Assembly: GCA_013239625.1 (NCBI GenBank)
Contig: MU054049.1
Span: 757,015-821,014 of the forward strand
Direction: 5' to 3'
DNA length: 64,000 nucleotides
DNA from: Lama guanicoe
Taxonomy: Eukaryota
The notes below the pieces were generated by a model that was given only the letters and a program-made list of their open reading frames with translations, was not told where the DNA came from and made no database searches. This document shows, in pieces, positions 11,943 to 23,600 of this stretch. Position 1 is the stretch's first letter. Each line of letters starts with the position of its first letter. The position numbers and the translations under genes are program-made.

Positions 11943-12427
11943 TGTAACAGGGAAGAACAAATCTGACTCCATATTGGATCTGTTTCTTTTACTTTCACCT
12001 TTGTATTCTATTGCTTTTGCTACCAGGTAATTATTAAAGGGATGTTACCCATAAGCTTAAATTATACATAATGGCCCATCACTGGGAACCCTGCCTCCCA
12101 GGTAATGAGCATTAAGCTAAAATACCTTTGCTTAGCTCACAGGAAACATCCTGACCAGGCCCACTGTGAATGCCTGCAGGAAGGAAGAAATTAACACATC
12201 CCCTCCAGAGGCTGACCAGAACCAGGAAATGTTTGACTTTATTCCTTCCCCTTTTAGTATAAAAGAAGCCTGAATTCTAACTCAGGCGAGATGGTTCTTT
12301 GGGACAGTAATCCACCATCTTCTCGGTCTGCTGGCTTTCTGAATAGTCATTATGCCTTACCCCCAAATACTCATCCCTGGATTTATTGGTCTGGGAGGCA
12401 AGCAGTATGAGGTTGGACTTGGTAATA
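11943..12427 (+). mobile_element. ERV1-class solo LTR, MER41-like
   Basis: Termini TGTAAC...GGTAATA, 4-bp TSD CTTC/CTTT, TATAAAA at 12258-12264, gactccatattgga motif near the 5' end. Confidence 0.75.
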
Positions 12428-13041
12428 CTTTCAACAAAGGTTAATCCCCTCTCCCCTTTTCCATGTGTCTGAGCCTAGGTGCATCCAAGTTCCTCCTGAG
12501 AATACTGACTTCTGCCACTGCCTCCACTCATTTCTAGCTCTACACCAATGCAGTCCATTAGTGTAAGTAATGGTCAAAGGATGTCCCATTCTGTCTGCAT
12601 GCAACAGGGCCCTACTCCAGGCCTGCTGCTGTCTCACCATAGCTCCCTCCCCAACCTTTGTAAGTGTATCAGTTTGATAAGGTCCGTGGGTAGCTGGTGG
12701 AGTCCCCAGACACAAGCTCCAGAAATTCCTTCTCTCAGAGAGCCACCTCCGGGAAATGAGTAAGGCACACCCAGCAGAAGGGCCTTTGGGAGAGAGTATA
12801 TTTCATATATTCGTGTCAGATTAGAAGGTTTATTCAAAATCCATCATTTCTACAACATATTACATGCAAACTCCAGGAACACTGCAGGTGGAGGGGAAAC
12901 AGCATAGTGAGCCTTGCTCCCTCTCGTTTGTCTAAATCCAGCAATGAGGAACCCTAGGATGTGGTACTGTACTGCGCTACTGTGGAACTTAGGGGCTGGA
13001 GGAGATGAATTCAGAAAGCTTCCTATATCAGATTCTGAATA

Positions 13042-13267
13042 TTATTAGTTATCTATTGCTACAAAGCAAATTACTCCCAAACACGGTAGCTTAAAACAAT
13101 AATAAACACTTATTCTCTTACAGAATTTCTGTAGGTTAGGAATTTTGGAGTGGCTGAGTGTTTCTAGCTTGGGGTCTCTTATGCAATGACAGTCAAGATG
13201 TTAGGTGAGACTACAGACATCTGAAAGTCTGGGTGAGGTCAGAGGATGACCCAAGGTGACTCCCTCA
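13042..13267 (-). mobile_element. MLT1 (MaLR) LTR fragment
   Basis: ttagttatctattgct...aattactcccaaa...gcttaaaacaa...tttctgtaggttaggaatt. Confidence 0.65.
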
Positions 13268-13275
13268 ATGTAAAA

Positions 13276-13278
<3 letters not shown>

Positions 13279-13319
<41 letters not shown>
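13279..13319 (+). repeat. Pure A41 homopolymer
   Basis: Direct count of 41 uninterrupted A. Confidence 0.95.
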
Positions 13320-13321
<2 letters not shown>

Positions 13322-16300
13322 CTCAAATCAAACCTTGAAAACGTAGCAATAGAAACTACCCAAAATGAAACAAAGAGAAAAGAAATTTAAAAGGAATGGA
13401 CAGAGCATCAGTGAGATGTGGGACTACTTCAAGCAACAGAATATATATGTAACTGGAGTCTCTGAAAAAGGAGGGGTGAACTGAAAAATATTTGAAGAAA
13501 TAATAGCTGAAACTTTCCCAAATTTATGAACCATATAAACTCACAGGTCCAAGAAGTCCAATGAGCCCCAAACACAAGAAACATAAAGAAAAGTCTATGA
13601 AGGTATTTCATAATCAAATGGCTCAAACTTAATCACAAAAAGAAACTCTTATAAGCAGTCAGAGGGAAATGATACAATATGTACGGAGGAGCAAAGGTGG
13701 AGATGACAGCAGATTTCTTATCAGAAACAATGCAGATGAGAAATCAGTGGAACAACATCTTTAAAAGCATTGAAAGAAAAATCTGTCAACCTACCATTCT
13801 GAATCCAGTGAAAGTATCCCTCAGAAATAAAGGCTACATGAAGACCTTTTAAGATATACAAAACAAGTATGAAATAATGCATCATTATCAGACTCATACT
13901 ACAAGAACTGTTAAAGGCAATCCGGCTGAAGGAAAATGATATTAGAATGATATTAGATGGAAAAAAGGGTCTACCCAAAGGAATGAAGAGTAATGGAGAA
14001 ACAGAAAATAGATGACTACAGTAAAAATTTTCAATGTCTGTTTATCAATAATTGATAGAAAAAGTAGATGAAAAAAATCAGTAAGAATTTGGATGACCTG
14101 AAAAAAACACTATCAACCAATTTGACCTAATTGTGGCTTTCCTCAACAGCAGAATGTATGTTCTTTTCAAATGCCCATGAAACTTGTACTAAGATGGCCA
14201 TAAACAAGTCCTAATAAAAGGAAAAGAATTCTAACACCATGTATCTTCTCTGACCACAGTGGAATTAAGCTAGACATCAATAAGAGAAAAATTTCTGGAA
14301 AATTCCCAAACATTTGGAAACTAATTAATGCATTTCTGAATAACCCATACATCAAAGAAAAAATTTTAAAAAAGGAAAATTAGAAAGTACTTCAAACTGG
14401 ATAGAAATGCAAACACAACATATAAAACTTTGTTACATGCCTCTAAAGGAGTAGTTGAGGGGTAAATTACAGCACTAAATGCTGATATCAGAAAAGAAGA
14501 AAGGCCTCAATCATTGACCTCAGCTACCATCTTAAGAAATTACACATAGAAGAGCAAATTAAATTCAATGAAAAAGGAAGAAAAAAATAAAGATGGAGTG
14601 GCTATAAATAAAATGGAAAACAAAGAATAATGTCAATGAAACTAAAAGCTAGTTCTTTGAGAAGATCAGTACCACTGATCAGGCTCCAGCCAGACTAATC
14701 AGGAAAAAGAGAGAAGATAAATTGCCAATATCAGGAATGAGAGACATGACTTCACTATAGATTCTTCAGATTTTAAAAGGATAATAAAGTAATGTTAAGA
14801 AAAACATTATGCTAATAAATCTGGCAATTTAGATGAAGTGGATTAAAAAAAGACACAAACTACTGATGTTCAGTCAAGAAGAACTGGCTAAATAGCCCTG
14901 TATCTGATAAAGAAATGGTACTTGTAGATAAAAACTTTTCCATAAAGAAAACTCCAAATGCAGATGACTTCAGTGGTGAATTCTACCAAATATAAGGAAA
15001 AAATAACACAATACTACACAAACTCCTTCTAAAAACTGAAAATAGGTATAGTTTCCAGTCCATTTCATGAGGCCAAAACTCTGATATAAAACCAGCCAAA
15101 GACATTATAAGAAAAGAACACTACAGACCAAAATTACTCAGGAACACAATTGCAAAAATTCTCAGCAAAATTTTAGCAAATTAAATTCAACAATATATAA
15201 AAAGGAAAATTCTTGATTACCAACTGGAGTTTATCCCAAGAATGCAATCCAAAATCAATCAATCAATCAATTCACTATATTTATAAACCAGAAAAGAGAA
15301 AAGTTCATCTCAATAGATGTAAAGAAAAAAAAAGCAGTTGACAAAATTCAACATCCATTCCTGATAAAAATTGCCACCAAACTAGGGCTAAAAAAGAACT
15401 TCCTCAATCTGATAAAAAAAGTATCTCTGAAAAACAAAAAGCTAGTATCACACTAAAAGCTTTTCCCCTAAGACCAGGAACAATACCATGATATTTACTC
15501 TTATCACTTCTATTAAACATTGTACTGGAGTCCTAGCTGCTGTTATAAGGCGAGAAAAAGAAATAAAAGTTGTCCAGATTGGAAAGGAAGAAGTGAAATT
15601 GTTTCTACAGACAACATAACTGTCTATGTAGAAAATTTGATGAAACCTTATAAAAAAAAAGCTGCTAGAATTAATAAATGAGTTTGGCAGGGTGGCAGTG
15701 TACAAGACAAATGCACAAAATTAAATCATGTCTCTATATATTAGCAATGAACAATTGGAAATTGAAATTCAAAACCATTTTAATCATACCCCAAACATGA
15801 AATACGTAGGGATAAATATAACAAGAAATTTTCAAGATCTGTGCACTGAAAACTATAAGTCATTGCTGGGAGAACTGAAAGAAGGTATAACTAAACGGGG
15901 AGATACACTGTGTTCATTGACCAGAACATTTATTACTGTTAAGATTTCAATTCTTCCCCAAATTGGCTCAAAGAGTCAAAGGAATCCCAATTCAAACTCC
16001 AGTAGGTGTTTTGTAGAAACTGACCAGCTGATTCCAAAATTCATATAGAAACATAAAGGACCTAAAACAGCCAGACAAGTGTGAAATAGAATAACAAAGT
16101 CGGAGATCTAATACTTCTGTATTTCAAGACTTATAAAATTACAGTAATCAAAACATTGTGATATTGGCATGAAGATAGACAAAGAGGTTAATGAAATAGA
16201 CTAGAAAATTCAGAAACAAACAAACAAACAAAACTGAGTTTTGACAAAGGTACAGAGGCAATTCAGTGGAGGACGGACAGTAGGCTAGTATTTTCAGGAA

Positions 16301-17100
16301 ATGGTGGTGGAACAATTTTATACTCTTGTGTAAGGTGAACTTTGATCCATGCCTCACATCACATAGAAAAATATACCCCAAATAAATCATATACCTAACT
16401 GTAAAATCTAAGACTGAAACTTCTGGTAGGAACCCTTTATGACTTTGGACTAGGCAAAGATTTCTTTCATACAACATCAGAAGCACGATTTATAGCAGAA
16501 CTAATTGATAATTTGACCCATTTGAATAAAAACCCCCTGCTCTTTGAAAGATATGATTAAGAGAATGAAAATATGAGTAACATAATGGAAGAAAATACCT
16601 GAAAATCATATATCTGGTAAAGGACTTGTACCCTCAATATACAAAGCACTCTCAAAATTTAATAATGGGGAAACAAGCAACCCAATTTAAAAAATAGGTA
16701 AAAGATTTGAACAGATACTTTATGACAGATGATGTAGGAATGGCAAATAAGCTCATGAAAAGATCCTCCACATCATCAGAAGTTAGGGAAACACACGTTA
16801 AAACCACAACGTGATATCACTACATATTAGAGTAAATAAAATGTAAAAGACTGACTGTACCAAGGTTTGATGTGAGAGTGGAGGACCTAGAACTCCCCTA
16901 CACTGCTGGTGGGAATGTAAAATGGTACAACGCTGGAAAACAGTTCAGCAGTCCCTTAAACAGCTAAACATACACCTAGGGTGCGATCCAGCCAATCCTT
17001 GTCCAGACAGAGGTTCTACAGGAATGCTCATAGCAGCTTCATTATTAATATCCCCAAACTGGACACAACCCAAATGGCCATCAACAAGTGAATGTGAATG

Positions 17101-17558
17101 TGAAAGAGCAGAAAACTAACGAGATGGCTACTGGGTTGTTCAGGCCTGTACTTCTAGCTAAACTGATCTTATGAGTAACATGCTCCCCCACTGCCTTGCA
17201 TTCTTTTCTTGGAAAAAATTATCCTTTTACCCTAGAGGTCTTGCAAGAGGGTCATGGACCGATAACCTCAAGAAAATGAGCAGACCCTCCTAAATTCCTC
17301 AACAGCAAGTTCTTGCCAAAATGAAAGGAATGTAGCCCTTGCTCTCAACCTGATTGTTATCACCCTCCCATTTCCATTTTTCTATAAAACCCTAGGATCC
17401 TTAGCCCAAGAACAGCTCACAGTATTTAAGGCATTAGCCCGCTGTGACTTCCTCTGCCTGGCAAAGCAATGAAGCTGTTCTTCTCCAATTCTCCCAAAAC
17501 TCTGCCTCCGAGTCTCAATTCGGCTATCAGGTTACAGAGGCTAGTTTTTGGGGCAATA
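17101..17558 (+). mobile_element. ERV1-class solo LTR inserted in the L1
   Basis: L1 text ...aagtgaatg|gataaac is interrupted. 4-bp TSD AATG (17097-17100 / 17559-17562), termini TG...GGCAATA, TATAAAA at 17383-17389. The left end could be 6 bp earlier because TGAATG is duplicated. Confidence 0.75.
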
Positions 17559-17882
17559 AATGGATAAACTGTGGCACAGTCATGCGATGGAATACTACTC
17601 AGCAATAAAAATGAATAAAAATGCATGCTACAACATGGGTGAATCTCTAAATAATTATAATGAGTGAAAGAAGCCAGATATATATACTGTATTATTCTGT
17701 TTCCCTAAAATCCCCAAAAATGTATACCAAGCACATTAGTGGTTGCTTGGGGTCAGGGATCAGGAGAGGCATAAGAGGGGGGTAGGGGTTACAAAAGGAT
17801 ACAAGGGAACTTTGTGGGGGTAACAGATAATGTTTGTTATCTTGATTGTGGTGATGGTTTCACAGGTATACACATGTATTAT

Positions 17883-18066
17883 TATTATTTTTTTAAAATC
17901 CTTTTAAAAAAATTTATTATTCTATTATTTTTAAATTCTTTTTTGTTTTGGGGGGAGGAGGTAATTACGTTTATTAATTTTTTAGAGGCGGTACTGGGGA
18001 TTGAACCCATGACCTCGTTCGTGCTAAGCATGCGCTCTACCACTTGAGCCATGCCCTCCACCCCAC
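17883..18066 (-). mobile_element. tRNA-derived SINE (Vic-1-like, camelid)
   Basis: Reverse-complement tRNA-like head with A/B boxes; perfect 16-bp TSD TATACACATGTATTAT at 17867-17882 and 18067-18082. Confidence 0.88.
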
Positions 18067-18194
18067 TATACACATGTATTATAATTTATCTAATTGCACG
18101 GTTAAATATGTGCAGTTTATTGATGACAATTATATTTTAATAAAGCTGTTATGAAAAACTGATACTTGATTCAGTTATTGGAAAAGTTTTAAGT

Positions 18195-18679
18195 ATGTGT
18201 ATCCGTTTCGTGACAGAGCACCACAAATTTGTGACTTAAAACAACAATAACTTATTTTTATATAGTTCTAGAGATCAGAAGTCTGAAATGGGCCTCACTG
18301 GGCTACAACCAAGGGTGGGGAAGGCTGTGTTCCTTCTGGAGGCTTCAGGGGAGGCTGTTTGCTTTCTTTTTGCAGCTTTTAGAGGCTGCCTGCATTCTTC
18401 TGCTCTTGACCCCTTGCTCCATCTTCAAAGCAGCATTGCATCTTGAAACTGCTGTTGGACTCTGCCCTTCTCTCCTGCTTCTCTTTTCCACTATCAAGGA
18501 CCCTTGTGATCACATTGGGGCCCACTTGAGTAATCCAGGATAATTTCTTTATGTGAAGGTCAGCTGATTAGTAACCTTGATCTCATCTTCAACCTTAACT
18601 CCTGCTTGCCATGTAACATAACATTGGCAGGTTCCAGGGACAGGGACATCTTTGGGGAGCCATTCTTCTGCCTCCCACA
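18195..18679 (-). mobile_element. MLT1D/C-like MaLR LTR
   Basis: cttaaaacaacaa...gttctagagatcagaagtctgaaat...ggacatctttggggagccattcttctgcctcccaca. Confidence 0.78.
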
Positions 18680-18700
18680 GTATATTTAGAACAATGTTAC

Positions 18701-18865
18701 AGGGAGGGGGAGGGTATAGCTCAGTGGCAGAGTGTGTGCCTAGCAGGCACGAGGTCCTGGGTTCAATCCCCAGTACCTCCATTAAAAAAATTAATAAACA
18801 AAAATAAATAAACCTAATTATCTTCTCCCACTCTCCCCCAAAAGAAAGAAATCTATGAAAAAAAA
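18701..18865 (+). mobile_element. tRNA-derived SINE (Vic-1-like)
   Basis: A box TAGCTCAGTGG at 18717-18727, B box GGTTCAATCCC at 18760-18770, A-rich tail; degenerate TSD ATTTAGAACAATGT / ATCTAGAACAAAGT. Confidence 0.88.
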
Positions 18866-18919
18866 ATCTAGAACAAAGTGGGTATGTGAATCTTCTTCAA
18901 ATGTAAACTTCAGGAAATC

Positions 18920-19110
18920 GCAATAAAGACTGAGTTTTTCTGATGAAAACTTAGTGTCCAAATTGAAGGATGCTCAATGTAAGGAGAATCTGAAGACTCA
19001 GTATAAAAAAAAAAGAATGTAAAATAGCTCATGAATAATTTTATATTCCTAGCATACTGAAATGATATTTTCTGGATATGTTGGGTTAAGTAAAATGTAT
19101 TATTAAAATA
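18920..19110. mobile_element. MER33-like hAT-Charlie fragment
   Basis: gaagactcagtataaaaaaaaagaatgtaaaata...gatatgttgggttaagtaaaatgtattattaaaat. Confidence 0.6.
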
Positions 19111-19222
19111 AAAGACAAAGAATCTAGTAGAATAATGGGTTAAGGGTATTAACAAGAAATTAATGGAAGAAGTACAAATAGTGGGTAAACATGTCATAAG
19201 AGTCTTAGTTTAAAATGACTAC

Positions 19223-19450
19223 TGGGGGAAGGGACAAATTAGGAGTTTGGGATTAACAGATACAAGCTACTATACATAAAACAGATAAGCAACAAGGATT
19301 TACTATATAGCAAAGGGAATTCTATTCAATATCTTGTAATAACCTAGAACAGAATATAATCTACAAAAAAACTAACCGAATCACTACGCTGTACATCTGG
19401 AACTAATACAATATTGCAAATCAACTATACATCAACAAAAAATAATAAAA
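19223..19450 (+). mobile_element. 5'-truncated L1 3' end with 12-bp TSD
   Basis: gggacaaattaggagtttgggattaacagatac...caactatac; TSD TAAAATGACTAC (19211-19222) / TAAAGTGACTAC (19451-19462). Confidence 0.85.
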
Positions 19451-20559
19451 TAAAGTGACTACCAATATCTAATATCGGGGAAAGCAAGAGAAATGGGCAT
19501 TCTCAGACATTTTTGATGGGACAGTAATTTGATAAAGCCTTTTTGAAAGCAATCTGGCAATGTCTAAAATAATTTGAAAATGAAATATACTTTAACCTAG
19601 TATTGAATTCTGAGCATTTATTCCAAGGAAAAACAAACATACAAAAAGATATGTATAATGATGCCTTTTGTAAAAATTTCTCTACCAGAAAAAGTGTAAA
19701 TAACTTACTTGTCCATCAACGGGGGAGTGGTTAAATAATTTCTAGTACAGCCATATCAGAACAAGGTAAATGGAAAAAGCTTCTGAGATTAATTGTTAAA
19801 TTAAAAAAAAAAGAAGTGCTAGAAAAATAATACAGCACTTTCCCATCTCCATGTCTGTTACTGCCGTCTCTCAAGAATCCAGGAGCAACGTGTAAGTAAT
19901 CAGAAATGGCACAGAAAGCTCACACTTGGGGAGGGAGTGGGGGGAGTGGTGAAGCAGCTTTCATGTTTTGGCCGATAATGCTTGCATCAAAATAAGAAAA
20001 CCTAATTTAAAAGTACAAAAGGAAAAAAAAAAGCACAAGAGATAATTCACGGGGCACAGCCCATGCCTGAGTAACGGGCTGCTGCCCTCTTGCCACTGTC
20101 ACTCCCTGGCTGAGCCCTCCCCAACTGCACGTGTCAAGGGCCAGGCTGGCCTGCTCAGCTCTTCTGTGGCCCGGAGGTCCATCTGTCATCACCAGGCAAA
20201 GGAAAGCGACCTCTCCTCTCCTCCCTTCTGCAAACAGCGGGAGTGGCGGGCCTCTCCACGTCCCTTGGACTCAAACCTGGTGACAGTTACTCTCCAAGTT
20301 GTCTGACAGGAGCGCACAAGCCCCGGCCCATGCCAGGAGGCTGCCATGGCTTGTTTGGCAAAGTATGATCTCTCCTGGGAACAGCTCGCAGAGCACCCCA
20401 TGGTCCGGAGGCCTCTGCTCGGTCCAGGGGAATGACTGAGACATGTAACAGCAGCAATGGTGACAAAGATTGCCGTTCATCTGTCTCTGTTCAGATGTCT
20501 CATGCCTAGAACTTACCCAAGTCGTGAAAAGATAAGCATCCATTACATTCTAAATCTGA

Positions 20560-20642
20560 CAGGGGCATTGTATAGCTCAGTGGTAGAGTGTGTGCCTAGC
20601 GTGCACAATGTCCTTGGTTCAACCCCTGGTACCTCCATCAAA

Positions 20643-20676
<34 letters not shown>

Positions 20677-20685
20677 AACTAACAA
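20560..20685 (+). mobile_element. tRNA-derived SINE (Vic-1-like) with A/(TA)n tail
   Basis: A box 20573-20583, B box 20616-20626; perfect 15-bp TSD ACATTCTAAATCTGA at 20545-20559 and 20686-20700. Confidence 0.9.
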
Positions 20686-23600
20686 ACATTCTAAATCTGA
20701 GATGATGTGGAATAGTCATGGAAACCTCATAGGTGCAACCTTTAGAAAGATCTGGTTTCATCCTGACATCACTGCTTACTGACAGCAAGTAGTTGGACAA
20801 ATTCCCTTCTCCCAGCCTCAGTTTCCCTCTCTGTTCAGGAACCAAATGGGACAGAGTGAACAGAAGGCCTGGAATGGAGCCAGACTGTAGCCGACACCCA
20901 GGAAGGCAGCATGGTGGAGGTGTCACTAGTGAGAGTTTACGGCCAGTGCATGGGCTCAGACTGGGCCTCCAATGCCTGCGTGACGGGGCAAGCTGCCATT
21001 TCCCACCCCAAATGTGATGTGTTTTGAGGCCTCCACGAGCCGATGCCTCAACAGCGACCGGGTTCAGTGCTGGCAAGAGTTAAATGCTATCATTGTGATT
21101 TGCGAGTTATGACATAGCCAAGGAATAGAGTCTGCTTATACCCATCTTAGCAGGAGTTGGAATCTATATAGACATTTAAAAATAATTACAGGGGGTTGTA
21201 ATTGTTGCAACACTGCCACTTAATGTGTAATTCAAGCAGCTCCAGGGCTGAGGCCTGGTTTTCTTACCCGTAAAAATGAGGACATGAACCTCTGATCATT
21301 GTTCCTCACGGGGCTGCCTAAGCTAGAGCTTTGTAAACGCTAAAGGCTGAATAAATGCAAGAACTTGTCATAGTTGTAATTTTAAAAGCACTTTGGCCAC
21401 TATTTCTGTGAATTTGGATTGTCTCTAGGAACAACCCCATCCCCCAATAATACCATGACTTGTGCCACAAAATTAGGTGTGATGTAGGTTCCGGAGCCCC
21501 AGAGTGGTGAAGGACAGGGTTCTCCCTTCACAGTTTGTGGCGACAATCCTGTGGGGACCTCCTGCAGGACCTGGCGTGTCTGCGCTTTCCACCCCCCGCC
21601 CCGGTCTGGGTTTTGGGCTACACTAGAGTTCTGTAATCTTCACGCTCTAATCCAGATCTCTCTCCAACTTGATCAAAGGCAGGCTGTCTGGGAAGTCTTC
21701 ATTTTTCACCTTGTCTAAAGGGAGACCGTCTGAAGAACCAACTTCTGAAATGCTTCTGAGCAAGTGGCATGATAAGATTTTCCACCGGCAGCATCTTGGA
21801 AAATTGCAGACACATTTTAAAAAGGAATCACTCTGGGTTCTTTATCTCCTATGATTCTGACTGTGGCCTCAGATCAATCTTAAAAAGCTTTAGCCTCTGA
21901 CACCCAACCAGGAACTGAATCACTCCAAATATTAAATAACGCAGCTCAGAATGAAGTTCAGTGCCAAGCAGGGAAACATCCTCCTTCCTTATCGTACAAG
22001 CCGGTAACCATGGTCCATTACTGCCCAAATGCAGATATTAAAAAAGGCAACCCAAAAGTTGGAGACAAATGGCTTCTTGATTGGGGTACTTTCCCTCCCT
22101 AAGAGGTTGAGATGAGTTACTTGTCTCGCCTCATTATTTGCTCAGGACTTCGTCCTGAAGCTTCTCCCAACCGATTGCCTCCTGCGCACTCCAAATACAC
22201 TTGGTGTGCTCCACGTGTCTCCACGCCCTGCTTCACCCCTGTGTCTCGGGCTACACTGGGTGTCCCTGGAGCATCTTTCAGCCAGTGAGGTGTTCCTTTC
22301 GGGGCTGAGTGTTGGAGGGACAGCACTGTGCTCTGCAGAAAGCAGGGGCTTTGGGGTCTGCGCACCAGCTCCCTGCACCTTCCCACACCCCTCCAGATGG
22401 CCACAAGCCCTGAAGCCCTCACCTGGAGGGCTGCCCAGCCTGGGGCCTGAGCCCACAAAAGTCCAGCTGGGATCAGAGGTGAGCCTGGGGCAGACTGGAG
22501 GCTCTAAGACGGGTCAGGGCAGAGCCTCAGCAACCCTCCAGCCTCAAGGTTAATGCCTCTCCCATCCCCGGAGGGAACGCCCTTTGTAGGGTGAGTGGGT
22601 CTCCCTCCAGGAGCCACAGTTTTCCCTGTGGTTGGTTCTGCACCACTCTTGGACCCTGACCTTGACTCTCCTGACTCTCCTTGAGTGATTCTTGGAGCCA
22701 TTCTTTCAGGTGGCCTCATTTCACTGGATTCCTGAGCCTTGCAGAGGCCGGGGGGTTGAGGTGGTGCCCATGGTCTTAGCACAGTGAAATCTCAGGCTCT
22801 ACCCAGGCAAGGGGTCCCAACACGGTCACCCCTCAAGCCTTGTCATCACTGTGGGCTTTCCCATGCCTGTGATCATGTTCATGATTACGAGATGTGATGC
22901 CACATGGATAGTGTCTGTACGAAGCCAGCACTCAACTAAATTTAGCGTCCTAGCCTCACTGTGTCCCTGTGACGGGCCCAGCGCTGGGGTGCCAAGTAGC
23001 TTTCCAGGCACTCAAGGGAAGCAACACATGGGACCAGGGGACCAGAATGCTTACATGCTTACATCCTGAACCCTCTAGTGGTGACAGGGCTCAGGCCACT
23101 AGGACTGGGCAGAAGTGATGTCATCCATTTCCAGTCCAGGTCCGTTAGCAACTGCCTGTGACCCCCAGCCTTCTCTCCTCCCTCCCTTGCCATGTGAAGC
23201 CACAGAAACAGATGAAGCTTCCATCTGCTCCACAGTGGCCTTGCCCCAGCAGGAGGTCAACTTTTATTTTTGTTTAGGTGCTGAGATTGCAGGAACATTT
23301 AGCATTGTTTATTTTAACGAATTAGATATTATTTTGAGCAAATACATGTTAGATAATTTTGTTCCGAACAGCTTACCTGGTCCAATAAAAAAGTTTTAAA
23401 AATCATAATATTATTTAAACATCAGATTTCTGCACAGGAAAAGCCGTTTAACTCATAATGATTATTCTCTTGCTCCTCTGATTGGATGTTGGGAGGGAAA
23501 AGCAAAGAGAGGGCAGGCCCCTCTGCCTGGGATACAGCCTTAGCGGGCACGGGCCAGCGGGATCTGCCAAACTCTCATGGTCAAAGCACTGAGCAGGGCA

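Larger units (their letters stand above)
13320..18155 (+). mobile_element. Old decayed L1 (ORF1 end, ORF2 remnant, 3' UTR) with nested LTR and SINE
   Basis: A-rich + strand. ORF 15728..16048 (TENYKSLLGELKE...TLCSLTRTFITVKISILPQ) resembles L1 ORF2. Ends aataaagctgtt...aaaaa. Many stops and frameshifts. Confidence 0.9.

Noticed and set aside
15448..16486. ORFs inside the large L1 as functional genes
   Set aside because: Short remnants of a decayed ORF2, or its antisense, broken by stops and frameshifts.
18701..18780. tRNA gene (A and B boxes present)
   Set aside because: Followed by an A-rich tail and flanked by a TSD, with related dispersed copies in the window; it is a SINE head.
20543..21076. 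177-aa ORF on the gene strand
   Set aside because: Runs through MIR-like sequence, (TA)n and an antisense SINE (YIYIYIYFFF); no coding signature.
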